From NCBI RefSeq assembly GCF_902713615.1, contig NW_024055498.1, forward strand, positions 1,454,527 to 1,518,526: a stretch of 64,000 bases of DNA. The letters are read 5' to 3'. Position 1 is the stretch's first letter. Every line of letters begins with the position of its first letter. Positions 23,732 to 34,973 of the stretch are shown in pieces. The position numbers were made by a program, and so were the translations under genes. The notes beneath the pieces were generated by a model. That model was not told the DNA's origin, did not search any database, and was given only the letters and a program-made list of their open reading frames with translations. This stretch comes from Scyliorhinus canicula (lineage: Eukaryota).

Positions 23732-24201
23732 CACATGGATGATCCCAGGAATGGTAGGCCTAACATACGATGAACATCTGAGGATCATGGGATTATATTC
23801 ATTGGAGTTTAGGAGGTTGAGGGGAGATCTAATAGAAACTTACAAGATAATGAATGGCTTGGATAGGATGGACGTAGGGAAGTTGTTTCCATTAGCAGGG
23901 GAGACTAGGACGCGGGGGCACAGCCTTAGAATAAAAGGGAGTCACTTTAGAACAGAGATGAGGAGAAATTTCTTCAGCCAGAGAGTGGTAGGTCTGTGGA
24001 ATTCATTGCCACAGAGGGCGGTGGAGGCCGGGAGGTTGAGTGTCTTTAAGACAGAAATTGATAAATTCTTGATTTCTCGAGGAACTAAGGGCTATGGGGA
24101 GAGAGCGGGTAAATGGAGTTGAAATCAACCATGATTGAATGGTGGAGTGGACTCGATGGGCCGAATGGCCTTACTTCCGCTCCTATGTCTTATGGTCTTA
24201 T
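23732..24201 (+). mobile_element. CR1 LINE 3' fragment nested in a SINE head, copy-2-specific
   Basis: GLYSLEFRRLRGDLIETYK motif, a (TCTTATGG)n tail and flanking GGTAT repeats (23727-23731/24202-24206). The SINE is uninterrupted in copy 1. Same subfamily as 48210-48830. Confidence 0.9.
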
Positions 24202-25973
24202 GGTATGTCGCGCTGTTGCTTCACAGCTCCTGGGTCCCAGGTTTGATTCCCGGCTTGGTTCACTGTCTGTGCGGAGTCTGCACGGTCTCCCCGCGTCTGC
24301 GTGGGTTTCCTCCGGGTGCTCCGTTTCCGCCCACACTCCAAAGATGTGCAGGTTCGGTGGATTGGCCATGCTGAATGTTCACAACGATTGTGTTTGGTTG
24401 CGCAGATGGGGTGGAGGTGTGGGCTTGGGTGGGGTGCTCTTTCCGGGGGCCGGTGCGAACTCGATGGGCCGGGTGGCCTGCTTCTGCACTGTGGATTATG
24501 TGAATCTATGAAATAGGGGCAGGGAGGCTAAATTCAATCTGGTCCCTTCTCGCCGGAGGGAAGTGCCTTCCCTCTATATTGTTCTCAGTGACTTGAGCAG
24601 TGAGCAAGTGCAGGTTACCCCTCGCTACTTCCGCTCCCTCACTTGCGACAGGAGCTGATAGCCGCCGTACACTTTTTTTTTTATCAGTTTAGAGTCTGTG
24701 GTGTCCGCGGTCACAGTTTCCGTTTGTTGATCTCGCTCTAACAAAATTGTGATATTCTAGACATTGTTGTCGCTGCTGCATTCCTCTCATTGGTTTGAGC
24801 AACAGTGCAGTGGCACCTGGATCTGTATTTCTGCTCTGACAGATAATTGCCTGGGAGCAACTAAGTCAGGAACTGTCACGGGGAACCGCCTCTCAGCTCT
24901 CCTCAACATCTCACCTCACGGGAAAAAACCATTCTCCCCTCCGGGCAGCCAGCACGGTTCATGTTGCGTCCGATTGGAGAGAATCTGCACAGCAGCACAG
25001 GTAGAAGTGATCTCAATGTGACTCACATACAGATAAATCCCTGTACATAAATATATACTGTTAGCGATCGAGGCACAGAACGGTTGAGCTGTCTGACCAC
25101 AGAAAGAGGAAGGATCTACAATAGTGTAGACAGCTCAATGTAGCAGCAGGAGCGGGGTACTGACGATCAGACCAGGCCCTGTTCAGCTCAGCAGAGACGG
25201 CCAATCCTCTGATCGGCAGAGGCGCTTGGGAGAAAGACAACGTCAGTAATATTGCTCCCCGTGACAGTGCAGCAAATCTGTAAGGACGATACAACTACAA
25301 GGCGGTGGCGGTACCGGGCGTTCATGACTTGTGGATTTATCCGAGCGACGGGAGTTTTATAGCCCTCACCGTGAGCCGCCTCCCTCTGAAGCAAGTCCGG
25401 TATCTGAGTGACTCCCTCGCAGCAGGTAAGGTGAGTTTTTGATCGAAAAATCGATTTTCTACTGAAGCCTAAAGCAAACAAAATGGTCCCGCATGATGAT
25501 AATAATCGTGTTGCTCCGTGAATTGTTGAAATTATTATTGTAAATTTCATGTGTTAAATACAACAGCAGAGTTCGAAACATTCTCTGTTTTGTTACAGGT
25601 ACGTACGGGAGACTCAGCGGCCTTGGGCTAATCTGAGTCAACGCGTCTGGAAGGGCAAACTCTAATTTCCGGCGACATTATCTCAAACACAGAGAGCTGT
25701 TATTACCCCCTGCTGGTACGCTGGATTTCCAAGTTCTAATTTACCATCTACATCGCGGCTGGAGATGATTCTCGTGATTTCGCAAATTGCTCCTCTATTC
25801 ACCCGCAGAAGAGCGGAGACACCAATATAACTGTCTGATAAATAGACCTGACTGAGTTCGTGAATCCAGGATCAAACAATTCCCGCGGACAAGGACAGGG
25901 AAGCAGACTTAGTGGGGCTGTACATGCTCGCTGAGGTTTTTGTACGGTGCTCTAGCTGCTCTCTAACGCTGTG

Positions 25974-26769
25974 CCTCATTGCACAGTAATAGACCGCCCC
26001 GTCATCCACACTGAGGCCGCTTATATTGAGGTAACCGTTCTGTTTAGACTTGTCAGCAGCCGCCAGATATCGTCCTGAAACTGCATCATCCTTCAGATCT
26101 AATAACTTGCTAATAATCCAGATTGGTGGCTGTGCCGCTTTCTTGTGATACCATTGCATGTAATCCATACTGGAGTCTGTATATTCACAATCCAGCCGCA
26201 CCGAATCCCCTTCTGACACGGTGTTTGTCACCGGTGATTGAGTTACTGGATCTGCGCTTAGTCCGCCTGTAAAAGGAGAGAAACGAATCATCAATAATTC
26301 TAAACATCATCGGCAGAAAGGGAAAAACGGTTTGGTTGCTAGACTGATAGCGCGGAGGGGGGGGGGGGGGAGGGAGAGTGGGGGGGTGCGCGCGGGGGAG
26401 GGCGTGGGGAGGTTTTTCCAGGGGGGACTTGTGGTGTTATAATTTAAAATGTAATAGGGGTAAATGTTTGTATCGAAAAATTTCAATAAAAATTATTTAT
26501 AAAAAAAAAAATAATTCTAAACATAATTCATCTATATTTGTTTGTATATGTGTGAGTTTGTGGAAACTCAACTCTACTCATCATGTGGATATTTTTGATC
26601 GTTAATTATATTAAATGTAATTCCAATCTATAACCTGCTAATATGATTTTATGAACATTATCCATTACTTACCGTCCAACAGCGCCGCCATTATTAGCAG
26701 AGTGAGACTTCTTACTGTGCTCACCCCAGTCCAACGCCGGCATCTCCACATCATTATTAGCAGAAACAT
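25974..26769 (-). CDS. TRAV: TCR alpha/delta-type V gene segment with an in-frame extended leader (paralogue of 13418-14131)
   Basis: Leader 26673-26769 (97 nt, open) and V exon 25974-26266 (...VRLDCEYTDSSMDYMQWY...AVYYCAMR). RSS CACAGCG-23-ACAAAAACC at 25935-25973. Confidence 0.88.
26308..26509 (+). mobile_element. Short poly-A-tailed retro-insertion (L1-type 3' end) in the V intron, copy-2-specific
   Basis: 15-bp TSD AATAATTCTAAACAT at 26293-26307 and 26510-26524. The empty site is at about 13737-13751. Confidence 0.85.
26701..26751 (-). mobile_element. 51-bp Penelope-like terminal fragment inside a V leader exon
   Basis: Reverse complement of the element end at 28280-28330. 12-bp TSD CATTATTAGCAG at 26689-26700 and 26752-26763. 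Confidence 0.9.
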
Positions 26770-28277
26770 GTCTGACTGAATCTCTCTGAGTGAATGGGAC
26801 TGGAATGAGGCAGAGATTGAGAGGAGAAGAGGGAACCCGCGCTCTGTTCAGCTCAATGTTCCACCCACACACTGCTGGGGGTAAAGCCCATTGTGACATC
26901 ACTCTGACCCCAACACCTATTGGTTTTGACGGTGCGGTCACGGAAGTTCATCATCCCTATGTTTGAAGGTGGCGCCCCCTGGTGTCGGAGTAGTTTCATT
27001 CCAGTTACAATGCAGCCACTGAATGGATTCAGGGTGCATTGAAATACACAAGAAGACACGAATGTTTCCCAGAAATCTAAATTGGATCTGCTACGAAACA
27101 GTTTTTACTGCTGTTGATGTTGATGTCAGAAAGGGATGCTTAATCGATGAAATCTTTGCTGCCCGTTTCTTTCCAAATCCGGTGCATGACAAATGAGAAG
27201 TAGTGTTAGGACGTTGCAGAAAGTGCGGATGTTATATATTTAAAGATTACCAGGGACTAGGGCCGTTTATGCAAAAGACCCAGAGAACTTTGTATTCATT
27301 TATCTGTCACAAAGGAGGTAGAAGGAAGACACAATCGTTTTGCTGAAAAATATGCCATTTCGAAGCGTAGATAGTCTGTAATTGATCCCATTAGCAGCGG
27401 TTCCAATGACAAATCATCCTGATTTCATGGAACAATATGATAGAGAATGATGTATTCATTCATAATATCCCGATTTGTTAATATCCAGAACACGACGCGT
27501 AAAATAATGACAGAATAAGATTCAACAGCAAATTTCAAAAGGGGATTGTCATAATCTGGAAAGGGAAAGCAATATGGAAGATTTGGGGTGCGAAAGACGA
27601 TTGGGACAGCATTTTCAAACAGGCATGTGCACGGTAAGCCGAATGCTCATTCCGTTCCCTAATTTTCGATAATTCTGGGTGATTCATGCCAGTCCCCCAC
27701 TATTTGTTCTCACTCACTTGAGCAGGGCGCAGGTGCAGGATGGTCACAGTCCTCAAAAGATTCAACCGTCGCTATTTCCGCTCCGGCAACCCGCCTGCTG
27801 CTGATACCAGCCGCACAGTCTGACTAGTTTAGAATCTGCGGTGTCCCGGGGCGCAGCTTCCGTTTGCTGTTCCCATTTTCATTCTGAAACGACTGTGCTG
27901 TTGGGGACATTACTGCACATGACCCATTCGTGGCATCGGATAGGTCAGCAACGCAGTGGTCTGGGACTGTGCATTTCTGCTCCAGCTGATCACTTCCTCC
28001 ACTGAAGAGGGATTAATTCAGGATCCTCCTGGTTCCACTTCTCGACATGATCTGACTTTTCAGAAACTCTTTCCCTCACTTTAAAACTCCATTCTTCTCT
28101 GACTGATCTTCCCCCCCCCCCCCCCCAAATATCACTGATTCTACTTGTTTGTCCAACAATCCCATTTTCCTCAAACCCGTGGGGCACTCCGTATTTCATT
28201 TCTATTTTTGTAATTTACCACAATTTCCTCTTCAGTTAACTCACGGGGCCACTGCCTGCCTATTACCCATCCTATTT

Positions 28278-29114
28278 ATGATGTGGAGATGCCGGCGTTG
28301 GACTGGGGTGAGCACAGTAAGAAGTCTTACAACACCAGGTTAAAGTCCAACAGGTTTGTTTCAAACACGAGCTTTCGGAGCACGGCTCCTTCTTCAGGTG
28401 AATGGAGAGGCTTGTTCCAGAAATGTTTATATAGACACAGTCAGAGATGCCCCGGAATGCGAGCACCTGCAGGCAATCAAATCATCAAAGATGCAGAGAG
28501 AGAGGTAACTCCAGGTTAAAGAGGTGTGAATTGTCCCAAGCCAGTTCAGTCGGTAGGCCTCTGCAAGTCCAGGCTTGTTGGTGGGGGCCGAATGTAATGC
28601 GACATGAATCCCAGATCCCGGTTGAGTCCGCATTCATGCGTGCGGAACTTAGCTATAAGTTTTTGCTCAGCAATTTTGCGTTGTCGCGTCTCCTGAAGGC
28701 CTCCGGGTCAGCATTCTACAAGGAGGCCTTCAGGAGACGCGACAACGCAAAATTGCTGAGCAAAAACTTATAGCTAAGTTCCGCACGCATGAATGCGGAC
28801 TCAACCGGGATCTGGGATTCATGTCGCATTACATTCGGCCCCCACCAACAAGCCTGGACTTGCAGAGGCCTACCGACTGAACTGGCTTGGGACAATTCAC
28901 ACCTCTTTAACCTGGAGTTACCTCTCTCTCTGCATCTTTGATGATTTGATTGCCTGCAGGTGCTCGCATTCCGGGGCATCTCTGACTGTGTCTATATAAA
29001 CATTTCTGGAACAAGCCTCTCCATTCACCTGAAGAAGGAGCCGTGCTCCGAAAGCTCGTGTTTGAAACAAACCTGTTGGACTTTAACCTGGTGTTGTAAG
29101 ACTTCTTACTGTGC
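28278..29114. mobile_element. Penelope-like element (PLE) arranged as a 393-bp inverted repeat, copy-2-specific
   Basis: Arms 28312-28704 and 28722-29114 with a 17-nt loop. It encodes a GIY-YIG-type C-terminus (SILQGGLQETRQRKIAEQKLIAKFRTHECGLNRDLGFMSHY). TSD (C)CCATCCTATTT at 28266-28277 and 29114-29125; the empty site is at about 15618-15630. Confidence 0.85.
29026..29060 (+). ncRNA. Minimal type-I hammerhead ribozyme motif in the PLE repeat (mirror copy 28366-28400, minus strand)
   Basis: CAC-CTGAAGA-A-GGAGC(CGT)GCTCC-GAAA-GC-TC-GTG. It contains the CUGANGA and GAAA cores, stem II, a palindromic AGCT stem III region and a 3-bp stem I. Confidence 0.6.
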
Positions 29115-30773
29115 CCATCCTATTTAGACCGTAGACAGTTAGTATGGCCAGTGAGGAGCTCTTCCCCTCAGAAACTCCGGAATTAGCAACACAACAACAT
29201 CGGCTTTTTTCATCAGTCCTTCCACGGGATAGACTAACCCCTCAAGGGGAATGTATATGCCCTGGTCTTAAAAACACAATGACATTGATATTCCGCCTAA
29301 GAAACCTGAGATAATTGTTTTGTAAGCAGCTTTTGGTCCTCTCTACATTATATGAAACTAACCATATAAGAAATAGCATCGAGCGCAGATCAGTTGACCC
29401 TTCGAACATTCAGTAAGATCACAGTTGATCAGATTGCGGCCGGAGGTCGAATTTCCTGCCCTTCAGAAACGGGAACGCGCTTGAAAATAAGATGCTTCCG
29501 TGGAGATGAATAGCAACCTCATTTTTTTCCAATGAGGGACAGTTGAAAATATCCACCTTGAAAAAGTGTCCATGACGGGAAGTGAGAAAGGGCAGTCCCT
29601 GAATTCAGTTCCTCTCATTATCCTGAGAAATTTTTCGACTTGTTTTGAACTATTTGCCAATGTTTCTGACAAACTGCTGGATCCAATTAACGAATTATCT
29701 GCATTCAGTCATGCCTCATTATTAACTGTGTAATTTGCTATGAAATGTATATGGCCTGTCTGCCAATGTTTGCTTTGTGTGTGTGTGTCTGCGTGTGTGA
29801 ATGTGTGTGTATGTGTGCATGTGTGTTTATGTTTGTGTGAGAGAATGTATGTCTGTTTAAGTATGTGTGTGCTTATGTGTGTGTTGTATGTGGGTGCGTG
29901 CATGTGTTCTTTATTGCCTTCCTTTTAGGCTTATGCGTCTGGAAGTGTTTATTTGTCCGTCTCCACGTCTGATTCCTGGTGTCTGCAGTTATGCTTATTT
30001 TACCAAAACCTGATGCAAGACAGCGCTACTAGGTAATTTGGTAAAGATTTTTCACAGCAAACATTTTCAATGTATATAAATTACTTCAACTAATCAAGCC
30101 ATTGTGTGCACAGTTTTTAATTCTGATCGTGCGCATAGTGTTTCTCACGTTAAGTTTGGAATTATTAATGGGCCATATCAAAACCAGGAATTGCTTCACT
30201 TTCAACCTCGTCAAATATTGCAAGAGATGGGATGAGAGAAGAGTGAGCAAGGTAGAAAGTGATACTGACAAAAAATGGATGGTGCAAGGAGAGAGAGAGA
30301 CAAGCACATGGAAGGAGTGCACAGGGGGACAATGAGAGAGAGAGAACGATTGAAAGCAAAACTTTAAGCAGAAGGTCAAGAAAGAGAAAGATACCGAAAT
30401 AGGTTTAGCCACACTGGGTAACGGTTACATATGTTTAACTGTAAGTGTGATCCTCTGCTTGAGTGTTTGTATGAATGCGTTTGCGTGTGCGTCTGGTGTG
30501 TGTGTAAGTGCATCGACAGAGCGACAGCCATAAACGGATTAGTACGGAAAGAGCTTTGAGTGTTCATGCAGTAATCGGGCACCTGCATCACTGATTGGTT
30601 CGTCGTTCGTCCCATTTCGGAGAGAGCGGCCAATCCTCTTCCTTGGCAGCTGTCCCTCAGATTCACAATAAACGAAGCATTCCCCGTTCCGTGTTCACTC
30701 TTCAATGTCAGTCTAAAACATTCGGAGTATTTAAAACATTCTGATTGGTTAGCTGAAATCTAAGCCATCAACC

Positions 30774-31358
30774 ATATTTCTCCTATGCCATTTCCCGGTA
30801 ACGATGGTCGTGCTGCCCGGTGAGTGGATTGCTGAGTCGTTTCCATATTCCATTATTTGCATTTACTCTGACGTCTGGCACAGGTGAAATGAAAATGAAA
30901 ATCGCTTATTGTCACAAGTAGGCTTCAAATGAAGTTACTGTGCAAAGCCCCTAGTCGCCACATTCCGGCGCCTGTTCGACGAGTCTAGTATGGGAATTGA
31001 ACCGTGCTGCTGGCCTGCCTTGGTCTGCTTTAAAAGCCAGCGATTTAGCCCACTATGCTTTGTTTCAGAATTTGTGGAAAGGATTCAATGTCCCATAGAT
31101 GATTCAGGAAGGACAGACCGTAACACAAAACTGCAATTACTATACATCGGATAGCTATCCCTACCTCTTTGATACATTCGCTATTCTGCAGAAGCTCCGG
31201 GATATTTACTGAGAAGGTATGGCAAGGGGCAGGGGGTCAGTTCTCCAGAATTCCGACCAGGACAAGGAAACAGTTGCTTTAGTTATTAGTTGAGCTTCTG
31301 TCCCTGACTCTGCCGTGTTTCTCTGTGCGCTGAGATGCATTCAGTCCGTACAAAAATC
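30774..31358 (+). pseudogene. TRAV: TCR alpha/delta-type V pseudogene
   Basis: 46-nt leader 30774-30819 starting ATA (IFLLCHFPVTMVVLP, G/GTGAGT), with a SINE in the intron. Exon from 31069 reads QEGQTVTQNCNY...YLF / YIRYSAEAPGYLLRRY / ETVALVIS*ASVPDSAVFLCALR with frameshifts. The heptamer is deleted; nonamer ACAAAAATC at 31350-31358. Confidence 0.85.
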
Positions 31359-31859
31359 GGCACGGCACTGTCATCCCCTCTCACTGAATCGGATCACGAA
31401 AGTGTAGCTCAGATTCACATCTCAGATCAAAACCAATTTGTAAAATAGCTGTCAGCAGAACCCAAACTGAGAAGGCAACGCTGTTGTGCATGAAACTGAG
31501 CCCTACACCAGATACACTGCAGAGGCCAGAAAGGTGTTCCTGGGAATGTGGATAACAAAGTGAAGGTATGAGGGAGCTTCAGCATTGCTGTTCCACCACA
31601 AGCAGGAGAGTGCGCATGCGTCAGTGCTTCCGCCTGAGGAAAGTCAGACTGCAGTCTCTCTGAATTCAGTCTGTACTATCTGTGATGTCAGTCTGCCGGT
31701 TCTTTGTGACGTCAGAGGTACCCTTCTGGAACCGGTATCCTGACGTTTTCGTTGGTTTGTTGGCAGTATTTGGTTTGAGAGGCTGACAGTGCTGCTCATA
31801 TTACTGCCCGAGATTCTGTAGAACCCCCAAACAGACAGGAGTACTGAGCTACTGTCCAA

Positions 31860-32190
31860 GGTAAACGTACAGGGGTAAGACTGCTTTCCATCACAATTCC
31901 CACAGACAGAACGCAGTAATAGACGGTAGACAGTCAGCTGCCGCCCCTTGAAGCTTCAACGGGCGAATTGAGTTGAGGTCTCGAATTCTACCGATAAATA
32001 TGGTTTGGCAAAACTTTCATTTACCCACCCAGAATTTCTGCAGTGCAACTTCGCGCGCTGTGTATCTCTACCCTTGAAGTCAGAATAAATAATGAAGCTG
32101 ATGTTGCATATACCTTTTTCAGTTTTCCCTTCTACAACTGTGTTTAGATCTAAGGATAGCAACTGACAAACAGAGCCTCCATGACCTAGA
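31860..32190 (-). pseudogene. Decayed V pseudogene
   Basis: GHGGSVCQ...TVVEGKTEKGICN...STVYYCVL, with a degenerate RSS (AATTGTG-23-ACGTTTACC, 31860-31898). Confidence 0.65.
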
Positions 32191-33038
32191 TCTAAATCCA
32201 TATTCAAACAAGGAATTATCAGACCGGCGGGTGTTTAATATTCTGATTCATACCCTATTTTGGAAATTAGAGAAAATGCGAAAGGTGTTTAGTCCACAAT
32301 TATCTGTCAGGAATATTCCCACAATATCCTGATGCTAAGTCATATTCTGCTTGCTATCCGCTCTCTCAAAGGAGAGTTGAGTATTTGAAGATACCGATCG
32401 CTATCCCACCATCAATAATCTGCTGTAAGGTCTCAGGATTCTATCAACTCACTGCCATTTGCTCGCAGTGCGGTTGTGAAACGGATGAATAGTGAAGTGA
32501 CTGCGAATGAACAGAAACATATTATAGAAATAAAAAGACACTCCAAAAGGCCATGAACATCGAGGGAAATTGATGCATGGGAGTGTGTTTTAACACTCGA
32601 TGTTCCTAATTTGTAAATTTCAATCTTTTCATTAATACAGTCCAGACAACTAAAAAACGCTGTTCATATAGAGTTTGTGCGCGGTCGTGATCACAAGGAT
32701 CGGTATACTAACGGGGAGACGGGGAGAAAGCTGCACAATAAGTCAGACAGACACAGAAATAACATCAAAAGAAAAAAACGAGGTGACACCAGAAATTAAT
32801 TTGTGACTCTCATTTTTATTACAGCTGTGAGCTGAAAGCAACTACTTTAATTCCCTAAGTGGCCCTTGCCTGGTTTTGTTGGGTGCCCCGTCTTGCTCTG
32901 AAATTATGAAATGTCTCGTTGGCTTTCACTGTGGAGGTTGAATGTTTATCGGCGAGAGACCGCCCTCTGGTGGGCAGTAACTGGAACTCTCAGTGTGGGG
33001 TTATTGTACGGCAGCTGCTATATCTCTGCAGCAGTGTG

Positions 33039-33487
33039 GGCTCCATGGCACAGAAATACACGGCGCAGTCGGAGAGAAGGGCCCCGGTGATAGTTAAAGG
33101 AACCGTTGTGCTTTCTTTATGCAAACCCGCCAAGAACCTGGCTGGTAAATTTGGAGAATTCTTTACGTCCCCAGAGCTATATATTGCCATTAAATATTTT
33201 GGAGCTTTCCCCGGATACTGGATGTACCAGAACAGAGTTCGAAGAGCAGCTGTCGAGTATCTACAATCCAGTGTTACGTTCTGTCCTTCCAGAACCTTTA
33301 ATTCAGATCGATCCTGGAACACTGCGTCTTCGCCATTTGTTCCTGTAAAAGACAAATAATGTTTCAAACGTCTGGGAGTGAACATAACATATGGAACATG
33401 TGCATGTGTGATATTGAATATTATAGTAAATATTGACTCACTGGGCAGGATGCTGAGAATCACCATAAAGCAATATGAGGAGAACAT
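33039..33487 (-). CDS. TRAV: TCR alpha/delta-type V gene segment (leader + V exon), intact
   Basis: Leader 33442-33487 (MFSSYCFMVILSILP, A/GTGAGT), a 99-nt intron, and V exon 33039-33342 (TNGEDAVFQDRSELKVLEGQNVTLDCRY...LFWYIQYPGKAP...DCAVYFCAMEP). RSS CACACTG-24-ACAATAACC at 32999-33038. Confidence 0.94.
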
Positions 33488-34973
33488 GGCGCCTGGTTTA
33501 AAGTTGGAAAGAAATAACATCATGTTTGAAGTAAGTTGCAGTTCTAGTCTGATATTAAAGAGTAATCTCCAATCACCTGCAGATTTCACGCAATGTGATT
33601 CTGATGGGCGTTTCCCAAGGTCAGGATTGGCTAGTCCCTCAGTGCTCGTGAGAGTCGGGCACCAATCGTTTTTGCTTTTGGACTCATGAACTCCTTTAGC
33701 ATTTTCATTGCCTTGGTGTCGCACAGCTTTCTTTTCGTGTCTGTCTCTCTCTGCTGTTCGGCTTCTCTGTCGGTATCTCGCTTCTCTCTCTCTTTCTCTT
33801 TCTCTCTCACACACACACACACAAACTTTCTCTGTCTCGTTTTCGTTCTTTCACATGGCATTCAAGTTCAGAGAGTCGAAAATAAAATTCATCTCAAATT
33901 GCCGTTTCAACGAATTCACCAACCAAGGTCCAGTGAAGGGACCCGGTGACGTGATGTGGAGACAATAAGGTCGGAGACACGATTTGAGACAAACGAACAG
34001 ATAACAACATAGAGAGAATCAAAGGAACATAGTGAGTAAAAAAGCATAAACAAGATGCAGGAATTCAAAATGGGAAGAAAAATAAGACATAAATAATAAT
34101 ATATTAATTAATTGAGAAAATTATATAATCAATTGAATATAACACGACACGTGTCAAAATAAGTTACTTCACTGCGATTTAAACATAATTTAACATTAGT
34201 TCCTGTGTATATTCACCTGCATTAAAGTACATTATAATAGTAATAAAGAGGAACCCGTAACCGCTCCCACCGCAGTAAACAGACACACGATGCTGGAGCT
34301 CTTTGATGGGAGGAACTTTAAATTATACAAGATGATAACTACAGTTCAGACGCCAGACTAAAATGGAGGCAGCAAACTTCTAATGTATGTTAAATAAATG
34401 TATGTTCAATTACAAGTTTCAGATACTAAACTGGCAGCGTATATCCCCGTCCTGTGCATATGCCACGAACAACACAGAGATCATTTCCCTGAGTGCCACA
34501 GTAGAATCTTAATCAAACTCGACTCCCTTCACTACCACCCCTAGCCCCACCCCCGCTCCCCATACCCTTCCCGGCAGCCAGTTCAATTTATTCAGTGACA
34601 GAGACTGAAATAAATAGAACATCTTCATCTGCATCCAAACTGATAATTCTTCCAGGGAACAGTTTTCAGGACAATTATTGATTAAACAGTCGCTGAGGTC
34701 AATTAGAGATCAAATTTACCGTTCTGATTTTTACCGTTCTGTTAGTGATCAGCGAAATGTACGGTTAGATTTTCAGCCTCTGCAATAAACACAGACTTGT
34801 GATTACAGAAATAATATCAGGCCAATCAGACGCAGCTCTGGAGGCGATGTTCCTGTCATATGTTCCGCAGGAAGTGGCTTCAGTCAAGCTTCAGCCAATA
34901 GTCTCAGTTTTTGTTTAATTTTGCACAGGTTTCTGAGATGAATAAAAAATCTCTAGAAAATGCTGAAGCAACA

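Larger units (their letters stand above)
17568..30241 (+). repeat. Tandem segmental duplication, copy 2
   Basis: See copy 1. It ends at gatgggatgagagaag (30241), after which the sequence is unique. Confidence 0.93.

Noticed and set aside
25255-25430. Ig-like plus-strand reading (VTVQQIC...RYR...LTVSRLP, ending in GGTAAG), split by L1 in copy 1
   Set aside because: It needs several frameshifts and lacks the second Cys and an RSS. It is too weak to call.
28313-28340. Penelope-like end CACAGTA as a cryptic RSS
   Set aside because: There is no credible nonamer at 12 or 23 nt.
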